DNA of 64,000 nucleotides from Pseudomonadota bacterium (GTDB taxonomy: Bacteria > Pseudomonadota > Gammaproteobacteria > JAKAQQ01): contig DAHXNI010000080.1 in the NCBI GenBank assembly GCA_027365475.1, positions 69,490 through 133,489 on the forward strand, read 5' to 3'. Below are positions 1 through 12,189 of this stretch, in pieces; within the stretch, counting starts at the first letter, position 1, and every line of letters starts with the position of its first letter. Made by a program: the position numbers and the translations under genes. The notes below the pieces were generated by a model. The model was not told where the DNA came from, ran no database searches, and worked only from the letters and a program-made list of their open reading frames with translations.

Positions 1-149
1 GCTGCCCCGCGGGCGCCAAATACGGTTCCGGAGGCACCCGCTCCAAATCCGGCTCCTGCATCGGCTCCCTTGCCATGCTGCAACAGGATGATGACCAAAA
101 GCAGGATCGCCAGCACAAACTGAAAAGCAGTCAAGAGTATCAGTAACAT
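1..149 (-). CDS. secG: preprotein translocase subunit SecG; start at 149, 5' part inside window, gene continues past window start
   Basis: rc translation MLLILLTAFQFVLAILLLVIILLQHGKGADAGAGFGAGASGTVFGA matches SecG N-terminus; conserved tpiA-secG neighbourhood. Confidence 0.75.
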   Translation of the reverse strand, partial: MLLILLTAFQFVLAILLLVIILLQHGKGADAGAGFGAGASGTVFGARGA

Positions 150-217
150 AGTGAATCACAGCCCCTCAATGACGAACCCGTATCCCGCGCACCCTCACAG
201 TCACTCCGAGCCATCCC

Positions 218-1006
218 TCAAACCAGCGCACGACAGAGCGCGACCATCGAATCCGCTTCGACTGATGCTCCGCCCACCAAGAACCCATCCACCCCTTCCA
301 GAGTGCCGAGTGCAGCCGCGTTTCCCGCGCCCACACTGCCCCCGTAAAACAGGCGAAACTGGTTGCGCATTGTAGCATCAGACGAAGCCACATGTGCGCG
401 GATGAAAGCTGCGACCGCGAGAATGTTCCCCGCTTCAGCCGGGATTCCGGTCCCGATAGACCAAATTGGCTCATAGGCGATCCAAAGGGTGCTCACGGGT
501 TCCCCGTGCAGGGCTCCTAGGCACTCCAGTTGCCGCGCAAGCACAGGCTCCGTCTGCCCGGCACGTTTCTCCTCGGCCGTCTCCCCAATGCAGACGATCG
601 GGATGAGTCCAGCCTGTGCCGACTGCTCGACTTTAGCGGCCACCATTTGATCAGTCTCCCCGAAGAGCCGGCGGCGTTCGGAGTGACCGACCAGTGCATA
701 ACGCGCACCCGCTTCGAAAGCCATGGCAGCCGAAATCTCACCCGTGAAGGACCCCTCCGACTGGGCAGATACATTTTGGACCCCGAGAGCGAGCCTTTCG
801 CCCTGCACATACCCGCGAGCCCGTTCAAGCCAGATCGCAGGTGGACACAAAATGACCTGCATCTGCCCCGAGCGGATCTCCTCGAGGGTTTGAACAGCTT
901 GCACCCAGCGTTCGACATGAGACCCGCTACCGTGGAGTTTCCAGTTGGCGATGAGGATCTTGCGTGGATGGACCGCAGAGGATAAAGAGTTCTGGTTGAT
1001 GCTCAC
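218..1006 (-). CDS. tpiA: triose-phosphate isomerase
   Basis: ORF contains ILIANWKLHG, VGHSERR, CIGE TIM motifs; probable GTG start at 1006 (MSINQNSLSSAVHPRKILIANWK), 4-nt overlap with glmM stop. Confidence 0.85.
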   Translation of the reverse strand: MSINQNSLSSAVHPRKILIANWKLHGSGSHVERWVQAVQTLEEIRSGQMQVILCPPAIWLERARGYVQGERLALGVQNVSAQSEGSFTGEISAAMAFEAGARYALVGHSERRRLFGETDQMVAAKVEQSAQAGLIPIVCIGETAEEKRAGQTEPVLARQLECLGALHGEPVSTLWIAYEPIWSIGTGIPAEAGNILAVAAFIRAHVASSDATMRNQFRLFYGGSVGAGNAAALGTLEGVDGFLVGGASVEADSMVALCRALV

Positions 1007-2367
1007 CGTGAGGCATCCCGCAGTTGTGTCAGCCTTGCAACGAGCTGTGCAGTCGCCTGCTCCAGGCTTCCGGTCTGGCCGCCCTCGACCGTCACGCGGA
1101 GAAGCGGTTCCGTACCCGAGGGGCGGATCAGAATCCGGGCGGGAGTACCGAGGAGAAACTTGGCCGTCTTGAGGTCCTGCTCCATCGCCTCGGCGTTCGG
1201 CAGTGCGCATTCCCGCGGCCAGGAGACATTGACCGTCTGCTGCGGATAACGGTGCAAGCCTTGCACCAGACTGGACAAGGGACGGGCCTGACGCCAGCTT
1301 GCGCGGATGACCTGGAGCGCCGAGATTATCCCGTCGCCCGTGGGCGACAAATCCAGATTGATGAGATGCCCCGAACTCTCACCACCCAGAACCCCTCCTT
1401 CGGCTTCGAGGCAGGCCAGGACGTGCCGATCCCCGACTGGGGCACGGCAAAATGCAATCTGGCGTTCGCGGAGCGTTTCCTCAAGTCCCAAGTTCGTCAT
1501 GACCGTTCCTACGACGGGTCCCGTCAGGCGATTTTCCTCCAACCGGTCACAGGCAAGAATATAGAGCAGAGCGTCGCCGTCTACGACCTGACCCTCGGCA
1601 TCGACGAGGATCACCCGATCTCCATCGCCATCAAACGCCACACCGAGATCCGCATGGTGGGCCCGAACCGCCTGGGACAGGGCTTCCGGATGAAGCGAGC
1701 CCACCTGGTCATTGATGTTGAGCCCGTTGGGATCCACGCCGATGGGAATGACGCGCGCACCCAGTCGCTCAAAAAGGGCGGGCGCGAGCCGGTAGGTCGC
1801 GCCATGGGCACAGTCCACACAAATCGTCCAGCCTGAAAGATTCATGTCGGGGGGAACGGAAGCCAGGCAAAACTCGAGGTACCGGTCACTTGCATCATCC
1901 AATCGCCGCACCTGACCGAGTGCACTCAGGGAAACGAGTTGCAACGGTTCGCGCAGCCGATCCTCGATTTCCCGCTCGAGGGTATCCGGGAGTTTTCGTC
2001 CATCCGGGCCGAAAAACTTGATTCCATTGTCCATGTAGGGGTTATGTGATGCGCTGATCACGATACCGGCTGCCGCACCAATCGCAGTGGTGATGTATGA
2101 GACGCCGGGTGTCGGGAACGGACCCAGAAGAAAAACCGAGGCGCCCGCGGCCGAGAGGCCCGACTCGAGAGCGGACTCGAAGAGATATCCTGAGTTGCGT
2201 GTATCTTTGCCGATCACGACGCCCCGGTGGGCGTGATCCCGGCCGAGGACACGACCGGCAGCCCATCCGAGTTTCAGTACCCACTCAGGTGTCATCGGAG
2301 GCCGTCCGACCTCGCCCCGAATGCCATCGGTGCCAAAAATCCCGCGCCGATCCGATCCTGGTGTCAT
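1003..2367 (-). CDS. glmM: phosphoglucosamine mutase
   Basis: IFGTDGIRG active-site loop near N-terminus; length ~454 aa from M at 2367. Confidence 0.85.
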   Translation of the reverse strand: MTPGSDRRGIFGTDGIRGEVGRPPMTPEWVLKLGWAAGRVLGRDHAHRGVVIGKDTRNSGYLFESALESGLSAAGASVFLLGPFPTPGVSYITTAIGAAAGIVISASHNPYMDNGIKFFGPDGRKLPDTLEREIEDRLREPLQLVSLSALGQVRRLDDASDRYLEFCLASVPPDMNLSGWTICVDCAHGATYRLAPALFERLGARVIPIGVDPNGLNINDQVGSLHPEALSQAVRAHHADLGVAFDGDGDRVILVDAEGQVVDGDALLYILACDRLEENRLTGPVVGTVMTNLGLEETLRERQIAFCRAPVGDRHVLACLEAEGGVLGGESSGHLINLDLSPTGDGIISALQVIRASWRQARPLSSLVQGLHRYPQQTVNVSWPRECALPNAEAMEQDLKTAKFLLGTPARILIRPSGTEPLLRVTVEGGQTGSLEQATAQLVARLTQLRDASR

Positions 2368-2407
2368 CTCGAGCCCCCAGCCGGGTAATTCCGCTCCCAC
2401 CGGTCGT

Positions 2408-3247
2408 TCAGGCTGCGGCCGGGGACGCACCACGTGCGGCCTCCCAGATCCGGATCACGTCCCGGGTTTCAGCAGCATCGTGTGTGCGGATGAGACGCGC
2501 TCCGGATGCGAGTGCGAGACATGCCGCAGCCAGACTGCCGGCGAGACGTTCATTGGGAGGGCGCCCGGTCAGCGCGCCGATCATGGACTTGCGCGACAGT
2601 CCGACCATCAGGGGGTATCCGAGACGGGAAAAATGCTCGAGACCCCCGAGGAGCGCCAGATTGTGCAGTTGGGTCTTTCCGAATCCAAAACCGGGGTCGA
2701 TGGCAATGTCTGCGCGCGTGACACCGGCAACCTGGGCTGCCTCTGCGCGATCCATGAGGTAGCGCGCCACGTCCCCCAGAACATCGTCGTAAACCGGTTG
2801 GATCTGCATCGTTCCGGGTTCACCCCGCATGTGCATGAGACAGATTGAAACCTTGAGACGGGCCACTGTCGCGAGCGCGCCGGGATACCTGAATCCCCTC
2901 ACATCGTTGATGACCCGGGCACCTGCCTCATGGGCAGCCTGCATGATCTCGGGCTGGCTGGTGTCGATCGCGATGGGTACGGGAAGCACCCGGGCGATGC
3001 ACTCGACCACCGGGATGACCCGCCGCCGTTCCTCCTCAAGTGGAACAGCCTGCGCGCCCGGCCGGGTTGATTCACCACCGATCTCGATGAGATCAGCCCC
3101 TTCTCCGGCGAGTTGCATGGCTTGCTCCAAGGCCCGACTGGTATCGACATAGCGACCCCCATCGTAAAAGGAGTCGGGCGTCACATTGAGCACCCCCACA
3201 ATCCGGGGGTGTACGAGATCGAGGCCCGCCCAGAACAAGCCGCGCAC
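2408..3247 (-). CDS. folP: dihydropteroate synthase
   Basis: LDLVHPRIVGVLNVTPDSFYDGG near-identical to the FolP N-terminal signature; GTG start 7 nt after ftsH stop. Confidence 0.85.
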   Translation of the reverse strand: MRGLFWAGLDLVHPRIVGVLNVTPDSFYDGGRYVDTSRALEQAMQLAGEGADLIEIGGESTRPGAQAVPLEEERRRVIPVVECIARVLPVPIAIDTSQPEIMQAAHEAGARVINDVRGFRYPGALATVARLKVSICLMHMRGEPGTMQIQPVYDDVLGDVARYLMDRAEAAQVAGVTRADIAIDPGFGFGKTQLHNLALLGGLEHFSRLGYPLMVGLSRKSMIGALTGRPPNERLAGSLAAACLALASGARLIRTHDAAETRDVIRIWEAARGASPAAA

Positions 3248-3252
3248 CGGGC

Positions 3253-5190
3253 TCAGTGCTGGCTCGCGGGACCCCCGATGGTCCCTTCCTTGGCATTGCC
3301 GCCTGAAGCAACGGGCACCGCAGTAGCGGGAATGCCACTGCTGCCGGAATCGTTCCAACCCGCCGGGGGACGGGGCGTTTTGCCTGCAAAAATGTCCTGG
3401 ATCTGTTCGAGATCAATGGTCTCATAACGGACGAGGGCATCCGCCATGAGATCAAGGTGAGCTCTGTGGGCCGTGAGAATCGCCTGCGCCTGTGCATAGT
3501 TGCGGTTGATGATGTTGCGCACTTCCTCGTCGATGATGTGGTTGGTCTCATCCGAAACCTGTTTGTGGCGCGATACGGAATGACCCAGGAAGACTTCGCC
3601 TTCCTCCTCGCTGTACGCCTGCGGACCGAGCCGGTCCGACAGACCCCACTTGGTGACCATGTTGCGGGCGATTTCAGTAGCCCGCTCAATATCATTCGAG
3701 GCGCCAGTTGTGACTTGATCCGGGCCGAAGACGAGTTCCTCGGCCACCCGGCCACCAAAGAGGCTGCAGATCTGGCTGTCCAGCCGCTGTTTACTGTAGC
3801 TATACCGATCCGCCTCCGGCAGGAACATGGTGACTCCAAGTGTTCGCCCACGCGGGATAATGCTCACCTTGTACACAGGATCGTGATCGGGAACGTTGAG
3901 CCCAACGATCGCATGACCCGCTTCATGGTAGGCCGTGAGCAGTTTTTCCTTGTCGCTCATCACCATCGAACGACGCTCGACACCCATCAGAATCTTGTCT
4001 TTCGCCTTTTCGAAATCCGTCATGGCCACGGCCCGCGAGTTCTTCCGTGCCGCAATCAGGGCGGCCTCGTTGACGAGGTTCATAAGATCGGCACCGGAAA
4101 ATCCAGGCGTTCCGCGGGCAATGATCTCAGGACGGACGTCGTCTCCGATCGGCAGTCGGCGCATGTGAACCCGCACGATCTGTTCGCGGCCGCGGACATC
4201 CGGCAAGGGAACGATGACCTGCCGGTCGAACCGTCCAGGCCGCAATAGTGCGGGATCGAGTACGTCAGGACGGTTGGTGGCTGCGATCACGATCACTCCT
4301 TCGTTCCCGGAGAAACCGTCCATCTCCACCAGAAGCTGGTTGAGTGTCTGCTCGCGCTCGTCATGCCCACCGCCCAATCCAGCACCCCGGTGGCGACCCA
4401 CCGCATCGATTTCATCAATGAAGACGATGCAGGGAGCATGTTTTTTGGCCTGCTCGAACATATCGCGGACCCGTGAGGCCCCAACTCCGACGAACATCTC
4501 GACAAAATCCGACCCTGAAATGCTGAAAAACGGCACCTTGGCCTCGCCCGCGATCGCCTTGGCAAGGAGTGTCTTGCCAGTTCCGGGCGATCCGACCAGG
4601 AGCACACCTCGCGGAATGCGTCCGCCCAGACGCTGGAACTTCCCTGGATCTTTCAGGAATTCGACAATTTCCATGACCTCTTCCTTGGCCTCGTCGACTC
4701 CCGCCACATCCGCGAAAGTGATCCGGACCTGATCTTCGGTCATGAGTTTGGCGCGGCTTTTGCCAAACGAGAGTGCACCACGCCCTCCCCCACCCTGCAT
4801 CATGCTGCGCATGAGCCACCACCACAGCCCGATCAGCAGCACAAAGGGCAGGACATTTTCGAGCAAACTCATGAAAAAGGATGGCTCAGGCGGAGGTTTG
4901 GCAACGATCCGAACGTGATCACGTTCCAGCCGATCCAAAAGCGCGGTATTGTTGGTTTCGGGGTTGTAGGTGGCGAAACGCGTTCCCGAACTCAACTGGC
5001 CAGTTACCTTGTTCTGCTGGAGGGTCACACCCGTGACGTCATGGCTCTTGACATCACGGACAAACTGGGAAAATGTGATCGATTGGGCTCGCTCGGGGCT
5101 TTGTCCGAAATGCATGACAAAGAAAAAGATGGCCGCGATGACCAATCCCCAAAGCAATGCGGTTTTCAGCTGCTCATTCACCGGTATCAA
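3253..5190 (-). CDS. ftsH: ATP-dependent zinc metalloprotease FtsH
   Basis: N-terminal TM helix; Walker A GPPGTGKT; AAA SRH; HEAGHA zinc motif; 645 aa. Confidence 0.95.
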   Translation of the reverse strand: MIPVNEQLKTALLWGLVIAAIFFFVMHFGQSPERAQSITFSQFVRDVKSHDVTGVTLQQNKVTGQLSSGTRFATYNPETNNTALLDRLERDHVRIVAKPPPEPSFFMSLLENVLPFVLLIGLWWWLMRSMMQGGGGRGALSFGKSRAKLMTEDQVRITFADVAGVDEAKEEVMEIVEFLKDPGKFQRLGGRIPRGVLLVGSPGTGKTLLAKAIAGEAKVPFFSISGSDFVEMFVGVGASRVRDMFEQAKKHAPCIVFIDEIDAVGRHRGAGLGGGHDEREQTLNQLLVEMDGFSGNEGVIVIAATNRPDVLDPALLRPGRFDRQVIVPLPDVRGREQIVRVHMRRLPIGDDVRPEIIARGTPGFSGADLMNLVNEAALIAARKNSRAVAMTDFEKAKDKILMGVERRSMVMSDKEKLLTAYHEAGHAIVGLNVPDHDPVYKVSIIPRGRTLGVTMFLPEADRYSYSKQRLDSQICSLFGGRVAEELVFGPDQVTTGASNDIERATEIARNMVTKWGLSDRLGPQAYSEEEGEVFLGHSVSRHKQVSDETNHIIDEEVRNIINRNYAQAQAILTAHRAHLDLMADALVRYETIDLEQIQDIFAGKTPRPPAGWNDSGSSGIPATAVPVASGGNAKEGTIGGPASQH

Positions 5191-5256
5191 CCCTCCGCGT
5201 CTTCGCCGCTGATCGGCAGCACCCGGCCCATCATGACGGTTTGAGACCCATCTAGC

Positions 5257-5883
5257 CTACACCATGCGCCGATTACGCGCCAAAAAATAAAGCTCTGCAC
5301 TCCGTGCTCGGGAGGCACGGGGTTTCAAAAGCTTGACTCGGGCAAAGTCGCGCGCAAGCGCGGCCCGCATCACCGGGAACTCCGACCCCTGGAAAAACTT
5401 GAAGAGGAAGGCCCCTCCTGGCGCAAGCCAGTCCCGCGCCAACTCCAGTGCACACATCCCGAGTTCGAGCATCTTCGCCTGATCAACCGACGGATCTCCT
5501 GTGATGTTGGGGGCCATATCGGATAAAACAAGTCCAACTCCGCCCGGTGCAATTCCCAACGTTTGAAGCCTGTTCTCGACGACCGCGGTCTCGCGGAGGT
5601 CACATTCGAGGATATCCACTCCCTCAAGCCCAGCCAGGGGCAGCCGATCGATCGCAACCACGCGCCCGGCCGTACCGACCGCCCGGCGTGCATACTGGCT
5701 CCAACCGCCGGGAGCCGCTCCGAGGTCGAGGACGACCTGCCCCGTTTTGAAAAGATGCTCCCGCTCGTCCAGTTCGACCAGTTTGTAGCTCGCCCGCGTG
5801 CGGTATCCTTCCTGCCTGGCTTGGCGGACATAGGGATCACGCAGGTGCTCGACCATCCAGCGCCGGTCGCGCCGGATGGTCAT
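5257..5883 (-). CDS. rlmE: 23S rRNA (uridine2552-2'-O)-methyltransferase RlmE/FtsJ
   Basis: RASYKLVELDE...VLDLGAAPGGWSQY SAM-MTase motif; ATG at 5883; upstream of ftsH as in many bacteria. Confidence 0.85.
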   Translation of the reverse strand: MTIRRDRRWMVEHLRDPYVRQARQEGYRTRASYKLVELDEREHLFKTGQVVLDLGAAPGGWSQYARRAVGTAGRVVAIDRLPLAGLEGVDILECDLRETAVVENRLQTLGIAPGGVGLVLSDMAPNITGDPSVDQAKMLELGMCALELARDWLAPGGAFLFKFFQGSEFPVMRAALARDFARVKLLKPRASRARSAELYFLARNRRMV

Positions 5884-6344
5884 GACACGCAGGTGAGCGT
5901 GGACAGGCCCCAGATTTCGAGCGCCATGATCGCGGTCACCGAGATCACGGACAACGCATGCATCAGGAAGAACCCCATTCCCAACTCGTGCCGGCCACGC
6001 GCGAGTACTGCGGTCAGCGGGACCATGCCGATCACCCAAATCCCGGCCAGGATCGCATCCAGACCGAGGACGCCCGCGATCGGGACCGAGCGTCCCTTGA
6101 GGATGTGACCCCACAATGGAGACGCGAAGCTGAGGAGCAGGCAAGCCAGGACGAGCCACAGGAACCCGCTCCATCCGAGCACCTCGAAGGTCGGCTGGAG
6201 GACCTGCCGCAACAGTGGACCGACCGGAAACCGGCTGATCCAGACTGGCGCGAGGATCACTATCGATCCGTACGATCCGAGAGAGAGCGCTAATGCGATA
6301 CCGGCCAGTGCCCGGACGGGCACCCTCCTATTCATAGAGTACAT
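5880..6344 (-). CDS. small integral membrane protein (4 predicted TM helices), function unknown
   Basis: Hydrophobic 150-aa ORF between greA and rlmE; start chosen just downstream of greA stop. Confidence 0.5.
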   Translation of the reverse strand: MYSMNRRVPVRALAGIALALSLGSYGSIVILAPVWISRFPVGPLLRQVLQPTFEVLGWSGFLWLVLACLLLSFASPLWGHILKGRSVPIAGVLGLDAILAGIWVIGMVPLTAVLARGRHELGMGFFLMHALSVISVTAIMALEIWGLSTLTCVS

Positions 6345-6789
6345 TCTGGATTTCGAGATGGAGCACGCCGCCTGGAACCTGGACTTCCACCTCATCGCCC
6401 ACCTGACGACCGATCAGGGCACGCGCGAGAGGCGAGGTATTCGAAATGCGCGACTGACGGAGATCGGCCTCATCGGCACCCACGATCTCGTAGCGCACCG
6501 TCGTACCCTGGTCGACATCCAAGACGATCACGGTCGAACCGAACACGACCCGCCCCTCCGGATGGAGATCCGCCAAATCGATCACATCGGCGTTCGCAAG
6601 CCTGTCCTCGATCTCGCGGATCCGTCCCTCCACGAAGCTTTGCTGCTCGCGTGCCGCATGATACTCGGCATTCTCACGCAGATCCCCATGCGCCCTGGCC
6701 TCTGCAATCGCCTGGATGATCTTCGGACGCTCCACGCTCTTGAGCGTGCGCAACTCTTCGCGCAATCGCTCCGCGCCACGGCGTGTCAT
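6328..6789 (-). CDS. greA: transcription elongation factor GreA
   Basis: [13 protein letters not shown]...[17 protein letters not shown] matches GreA throughout; start at M11 of ORF to avoid carB overlap. Confidence 0.9.
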   Translation of the reverse strand: MTRRGAERLREELRTLKSVERPKIIQAIAEARAHGDLRENAEYHAAREQQSFVEGRIREIEDRLANADVIDLADLHPEGRVVFGSTVIVLDVDQGTTVRYEIVGADEADLRQSRISNTSPLARALIGRQVGDEVEVQVPGGVLHLEIQNVLYE

Positions 6790-6815
6790 CGGGTATCTTG
6801 TTTTCACGGTCTCGT

Positions 6816-9800
6816 TCAATTGCCCTTGCCTCCACTGAGCCAGTCCCGGATCGGGTGCACTTTGAAATCTTGGGTGTGGCCCCAGGCCGTCAACATGGCG
6901 CGGGCCGCCTCGACGCTCGTATAGTACGTGATCTTCTGGTGAATTGCCTCGCGCCGGATTGAGCGGGATTCGAGGATCGCTTCCCGTCCCTGAGTGGTAT
7001 TCACGATGAGCGCGATCTCCCGGTTGATGATGAGGTCCACGACATGGGGACGGCCTTCCCGGACCTTATTGACCATCGCACAATCAAGGCCAGCGGACCG
7101 GAGCGCCTCGGCCGTATGCCGCGTGGCAACCAGCCTGAAGCCACGATCCACCAACCCGCGGGCCAAAATGATGGCCTGGGGCTTATCGGCATCGCGTACC
7201 GAGATCAGCGCCACGCCCGAAAAAGGCAGCATCACGCCCGTCGCAAGTTGCGCTTTGGCATAGGCTTCTGCAAAACTTTCCCCATAACCCATGACCTCGC
7301 CCGTGGATTTCATCTCCGGACCTAAAATCGGATCGGCGCCCTGAAACTTGATGAAAGGGAAAACCGGCATCTTCACGGCATAGTGCCGGGGCGTCGCGCA
7401 TTCGCGATATCCCTGCTGCGCAAGACTCACCCCGGCCATCACTCGCGCCGCAATTTTGGCCAACGGCCGCCCCGTCGCCTTCGAGACAAACGGCACGGTG
7501 CGGGAGGCGCGGGGGTTCACCTCGATCAGATAAACCTCGTCATCTTGAATCGCAAACTGGACGTTCATGAGACCGCGCACACCGAGCCGTTCGGCCAGGA
7601 GGGTCACCTGCTTTTCGAGCGTTTTCTGCAGATCGGGTACAAGTTCATTGGGCGGCAGCGAACAGGCTGAATCGCCGGAATGCACCCCCGCCTGTTCGAC
7701 ATGTTCCATGATGCCACCGATGAGCACCCGCTCGCCGTCAGCCACGATATCGACATCGACCTCGGTTGCGTGATCGAGATACCGGTCGAGGAGAACAGGC
7801 ATGGCCTGTGGAACCCTTTCCGCCCGCACCATGTACTCCTCCAGTTCGGCCGGTTTGAAAATCACCTCCATGGCGCGCCCTCCGAGGACATAGGAGGGTC
7901 GTGCGAGCAGCGGGAATCCAAGGGATTCCGCTGCAACCCGGGCTTCCTGGGCACTGCGCACTGTCCGGTTCGGGGGCTGGGTCAGACCGAGCTCGGCCAC
8001 GAGTCCCTGAAAGCGTTCGCGGTCTTCCGAGAGATCAATCGAGTCAGCCGGGGTGCCAAGCAGGGGCGCACCCGCAAGGGCCAGAGGAACCGCCAGTTTG
8101 AGGGGTGTCTGCCCGCCATACTGCACGATCACACCCTCCGGACGCTCAAGTTCGATAACTGCGAGCACATCCTCTAGCGTCAGGGGTTCGAAATAAAGCC
8201 GATCCGCCACATCGTAGTCGGTCGAGACAGTCTCGGGATTGCAGTTCACCATGATGGTCTCAAAGCCATCGGCACGGAGCGCCTGCACAGCGTGTACACA
8301 ACAGTAATCAAACTCGATCCCCTGCCCGATCCGGTTGGGCCCGCCTCCCAGGATCATGACCTTGCGCCGTGCACTCGGTCGAGCCTCGCATTCCTCCTCA
8401 TAGGTTGAATAGAGATACGCGGTCTCGGTCGGAAACTCGCCCGCACAGGAATCGACCCGTTTGTAGACCGGCTTGACCCCGGATGCGAGTCGCAGGCTGC
8501 GGATGGCGGACTCGTCCACCCGGAGCAGCGTGGCGAGCCGGCTGTCTGAGAATCCGAGCCGCTTGAGCGACCGCAGACGTGTGGGGACAAGCGCCTCAAT
8601 CCCCTCGCGCCGGAGGGTCTCTTCTTCCTCGACCAACCGCTGGATCTGGTCCAGAAACCAGGGATCGATCGCCGTCAACGCGGCAACCTCAGCAAGGCTC
8701 CAGCCGTGACGCAGGGCATCAGCTACATACCAGAGGCGCTCGGGGCCGGGGAAACGCATCTCGTTTTCGAGCCGTTCCCGATCGTCAGGTCCGACTGGTC
8801 CTGCTGGGATCCTTTCGTTCAATCCATCGAAACCGGCTTCGAGTCCTCTCAAAGCTTTCTGAAACGATTCGGCAAAACTCCGGCCGATCGCCATGACCTC
8901 TCCGACCGCACGCATCTGGGTCGTAAGCCGGTCCGAGGCTTCGGGGAATTTCTCGAAATTAAAGCGGGGAATCTTGGTGACCACATAGTCGATCGTGGGC
9001 TCAAACGAGGCGGGAGTCCGGCCACCCGTGATCTCGTTGCGCAACTCGTCCAGGGTATAACCCACGGCAAGCTTGGCCGCAACCCGGGCAATCGGAAATC
9101 CCGTCGCTTTGGACGCGAGGGCCGATGAACGCGATACCCTGGGATTCATCTCGATGACCATGATCTCCCCGCTCTTCGGATGGATCGCGAACTGCACGTT
9201 CGAGCCGCCCGTATCGACCCCCACTTTGCGGAGAACCGCGATGGCCTGGTCGCGCAATCTTTGTGCTTCCTTGTCCGTGAGTGTCAAAGCCGGTGCCACC
9301 GTCACGGAATCCCCGGTATGCACGCCCATCGGATCCACGTTCTCAATGGTGCAGACGATGATGCAGTTGTCGGCCCGGTCGCGCACCACCTCGAGCTCGA
9401 ACTCCTTCCAGCCGAGCAGGGAAGTTTCGACCAGGATCTCGCCGGTCGGGGACAGGTCCAGTCCCCGCTCGGCAATGGCGATGAACTCGGCCCGGTTATA
9501 GGCGATCCCACCCCCGGAACCGCCCAAGGTGAAAGATGGGCGGATCACGGTCGGGAATCCGATCCCAGACTGGATGGCAAGAGCCTCCTCAAACGTATGG
9601 GCAAGGGCCGAATGCGGTGTATTGAGACCGATTTCGGTCATCGCCCGCTTGAACCGTTCCCGGTCCTCAGCCACATCAATGGCCTCGCGTGAAGCGCCAA
9701 TCAGTTCGACCCCGGCCTGTTCGAGCACGCCTTCCCGCACCAGATCGAGTGCGGCATTGAGCGCGGTCTGCCCTCCCATGGTGGGCAACAGCGCATCGGG

Positions 9801-10046
9801 ACGCTCGCGTTCGATGATCTGCGCGATCGATTGCCACTGGATGGGTTCGATATAGATCTCATCCGCCATCTCGGGGTCGGTCATGATGGTCGCGGGATTC
9901 GAGTTGACGAGGATCACCCGGTAGCCCTCCTCCCTGAGGGCCTTGAGCGCCTGGGTACCGGAATAATCGAACTCCGAGGCCTGACCGATCACGATCGGTC
10001 CGGCACCGATGACCAGGATGCTCTCTAGATCTTCACGTCTCGGCAC
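6816..10046 (-). CDS. carB: carbamoyl-phosphate synthase large subunit
   Basis: [21 protein letters not shown] and duplicated ATP-grasp halves; GTG start ([11 protein letters not shown]) overlapping carA by 14 nt. Confidence 0.93.
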   Translation of the reverse strand: MPRREDLESILVIGAGPIVIGQASEFDYSGTQALKALREEGYRVILVNSNPATIMTDPEMADEIYIEPIQWQSIAQIIERERPDALLPTMGGQTALNAALDLVREGVLEQAGVELIGASREAIDVAEDRERFKRAMTEIGLNTPHSALAHTFEEALAIQSGIGFPTVIRPSFTLGGSGGGIAYNRAEFIAIAERGLDLSPTGEILVETSLLGWKEFELEVVRDRADNCIIVCTIENVDPMGVHTGDSVTVAPALTLTDKEAQRLRDQAIAVLRKVGVDTGGSNVQFAIHPKSGEIMVIEMNPRVSRSSALASKATGFPIARVAAKLAVGYTLDELRNEITGGRTPASFEPTIDYVVTKIPRFNFEKFPEASDRLTTQMRAVGEVMAIGRSFAESFQKALRGLEAGFDGLNERIPAGPVGPDDRERLENEMRFPGPERLWYVADALRHGWSLAEVAALTAIDPWFLDQIQRLVEEEETLRREGIEALVPTRLRSLKRLGFSDSRLATLLRVDESAIRSLRLASGVKPVYKRVDSCAGEFPTETAYLYSTYEEECEARPSARRKVMILGGGPNRIGQGIEFDYCCVHAVQALRADGFETIMVNCNPETVSTDYDVADRLYFEPLTLEDVLAVIELERPEGVIVQYGGQTPLKLAVPLALAGAPLLGTPADSIDLSEDRERFQGLVAELGLTQPPNRTVRSAQEARVAAESLGFPLLARPSYVLGGRAMEVIFKPAELEEYMVRAERVPQAMPVLLDRYLDHATEVDVDIVADGERVLIGGIMEHVEQAGVHSGDSACSLPPNELVPDLQKTLEKQVTLLAERLGVRGLMNVQFAIQDDEVYLIEVNPRASRTVPFVSKATGRPLAKIAARVMAGVSLAQQGYRECATPRHYAVKMPVFPFIKFQGADPILGPEMKSTGEVMGYGESFAEAYAKAQLATGVMLPFSGVALISVRDADKPQAIILARGLVDRGFRLVATRHTAEALRSAGLDCAMVNKVREGRPHVVDLIINREIALIVNTTQGREAILESRSIRREAIHQKITYYTSVEAARAMLTAWGHTQDFKVHPIRDWLSGGKGN

Positions 10047-11229
10047 GGAATGCTCCGGAATCCATATTGCGGCTGCGCTGCGCGGTATGCGCCTGCATGA
10101 GGCGGAGAAAACGGTCGAAAAGACCGGCAGCGTCATGCGGGCCGGGGCTCGCCTCCGGATGCCCCTGAAAACCAAGTGCAGGAACATCCATCCTTTCGAT
10201 ACCCTGGAGTGACCCGTCGAAGAGCGAGCGGTGTGTGGGCACCAGGTTGGCGGGCAGATCCGTCTCATCGACCGCAAAGCCATGGTTCTGGCTCGTGATC
10301 CAGACCCGCCCGGTTGCCAGTTCCAATACGGGGTGATTCGCACCGTGGTGGCCGAATTTCATCTTGCGGGTTCGCGCACCGGATGCAAGCGCCAGCAGTT
10401 GATGTCCAAGACAGATGCCGAAAAACGGTACCCTCCGGTCCAGCCAAGCCTGGGCCTGGGCGATGGCATCCGTCATCGCCTCGGGATCGCCCGGCCCATT
10501 CGAAAAAAGGACGCCATCGGGACGAAGCGAATCGACCAGCTGTTCAACCCTGGTTGAGGCGGGAACGGTCGTGACCCGGCACCCGGTCTCCACGAGCAAT
10601 CTCAGGATGTTGCGTTTGACCCCGAAATCGTAGACCACCACATGGAGTCCATTCCCGCGGGATCGCTTGTCCAAAGCCCGTGCTTCACCCGGAAACGAGC
10701 TCCCTTCCACCCACGGGGCTTGCTCGGCCACGCTGACATTTTCCGAGAGGTCGCATCCCGCCATGGCAGGCACTCCTCGCGCCTCCCGAATGGCACGTTC
10801 GTGATCCTGGAGCGCGTCGGGTCCGGCCAGGATGCAGCCATTCTGGGCACCCCGGTCGCGCAGATGCCGGGTGAGTTTGCGGGTATCCACTTCGGCGATA
10901 GCGACGATTCCCCGGATCTCGAGAAAACGCGCGAGCGTGATCTCGGAACGCCAACTGCTGGCCACGGGACTTGCGTTCCGCATGATGAGCCCGGCGGTCG
11001 CAGGAGCCGCGCTTTCGCAGTCGGCGGCATTCGTGCCGACATTGCCGACATGCGGTGTGGTAAGCACCACAAGCTGGCCATAGTAGGAGGGGTCGGTGAG
11101 AATTTCTTGATAACCGGTGAGCGCGGTATTGAAAACCACCTCGCCCGTACGGATCCCCGCCCGGCCAATGGAGACACCCTCGAACACGGTTCCGTCTGCC
11201 AGGGCGAGGAGTGCGGGATCAGCCATCAA
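10033..11229 (-). CDS. carA: carbamoyl-phosphate synthase small subunit (glutamine amidotransferase)
   Basis: [18 protein letters not shown]; GATase triad region ...GICLGHQLL...; 398 aa. Confidence 0.93.
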   Translation of the reverse strand: MMADPALLALADGTVFEGVSIGRAGIRTGEVVFNTALTGYQEILTDPSYYGQLVVLTTPHVGNVGTNAADCESAAPATAGLIMRNASPVASSWRSEITLARFLEIRGIVAIAEVDTRKLTRHLRDRGAQNGCILAGPDALQDHERAIREARGVPAMAGCDLSENVSVAEQAPWVEGSSFPGEARALDKRSRGNGLHVVVYDFGVKRNILRLLVETGCRVTTVPASTRVEQLVDSLRPDGVLFSNGPGDPEAMTDAIAQAQAWLDRRVPFFGICLGHQLLALASGARTRKMKFGHHGANHPVLELATGRVWITSQNHGFAVDETDLPANLVPTHRSLFDGSLQGIERMDVPALGFQGHPEASPGPHDAAGLFDRFLRLMQAHTAQRSRNMDSGAFRAET

Positions 11230-11465
11230 GTATCAATAGTTGTCGTCACCAGGTCCGCGTACAGGCCAAGACAGCTGTTTGCGGGTATCGATTGAGCTTC
11301 AAGACCAAGAGGCAACTCTAGCAAGCGCTAGGGCTGCAATTTAACACACTGACCCTCCCCGCGGCTACAGCCGGTGGAGTCCGGGTGCCAATCGCAGGGG
11401 TTTTCCGGCTGCGTGCCATCAGGGCACACATACTGCATTCTCGTCACTCGCCATCGGATCGAGAT

Positions 11466-12185
11466 TCATGCCTTCGTGGCGATTACGGCCGGCGAGTGGC
11501 CACCAACATCCATCATCTCCACTGTGGTCTCGACCGTATGGAACCCCGCCTGGCACAGCCATTCGGTGTATTCGGCGAGCGTATAGGTGCCGCCTTCCTC
11601 GGTTGCGAGCAACATATTGAGGGCAAAAAATAAGGGGAACTCCGGTCCTGTGCGCGCGTCGTTGGGTAACATGTCCACGATCACGATCCGCCCGCCTGGC
11701 CGCAACGCCGCGTGAAGCCTGCGAAACAGATCGCGCGAGGAAGCTTCGCCCTCCGAGTGCACAATGTTTCCGAGGAGAGCTAAGTCAAAGCGATCGCGGC
11801 CAAAATCCACTTCTCTAAGATTTCCCGGCAGGAACTCATAGCGGTCCCCTACCCCCTGCTGGCGCACATACTGGCGGGTCAGATCCAGCACGGCTGGGAA
11901 GCCCTGGGCGACGAACCGCGCTTCCGGATCGGCTTCGCATACCGCGATGCCCCACACGCCCGAGCCGCAGGCGACGTCAATCCCGCGCAGGCCTTTGCGA
12001 CCCGCCGTCAATCGGCGCGCCAGCGTCTGCGCCTTGTCCCGGTTCTGAATATGGAGCGAACGCACCAGTGTGGGGAAGAACTCCTCGGCCTTTTGCTGCT
12101 GATTCACCGCCATCTGAGGCCGTCCCGTGCGCACCGCATCCGCCAGTTTCCCCCACATTTCCCACAACCGGTCCGCTTCCCACAT
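11466..12185 (-). pseudogene. C-terminal fragment (239 aa) of a family-2 (COMT-like, Methyltransf_2) O-methyltransferase, cut off from its N-terminal part by an IS110 insertion
   Basis: ADAVRTGRP...; motif I IDVACGSGVWG; C-terminal DMLPNDARTG...LNMLLATEEGGTYTLAEYTEWLCQAGF typical of plant/bacterial O-MT family 2; dimerisation domain missing here but found beyond the IS at 13727-14034. Confidence 0.7.
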
Positions 12186-12189
12186 GTTG

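Noticed and set aside
6358-6924. 188-aa plus-strand ORF across greA/carB junction, and many 60-170-aa ORFs inside carB, metH, addAB
   Set aside because: Antisense or alternate-frame shadows of well-supported genes.
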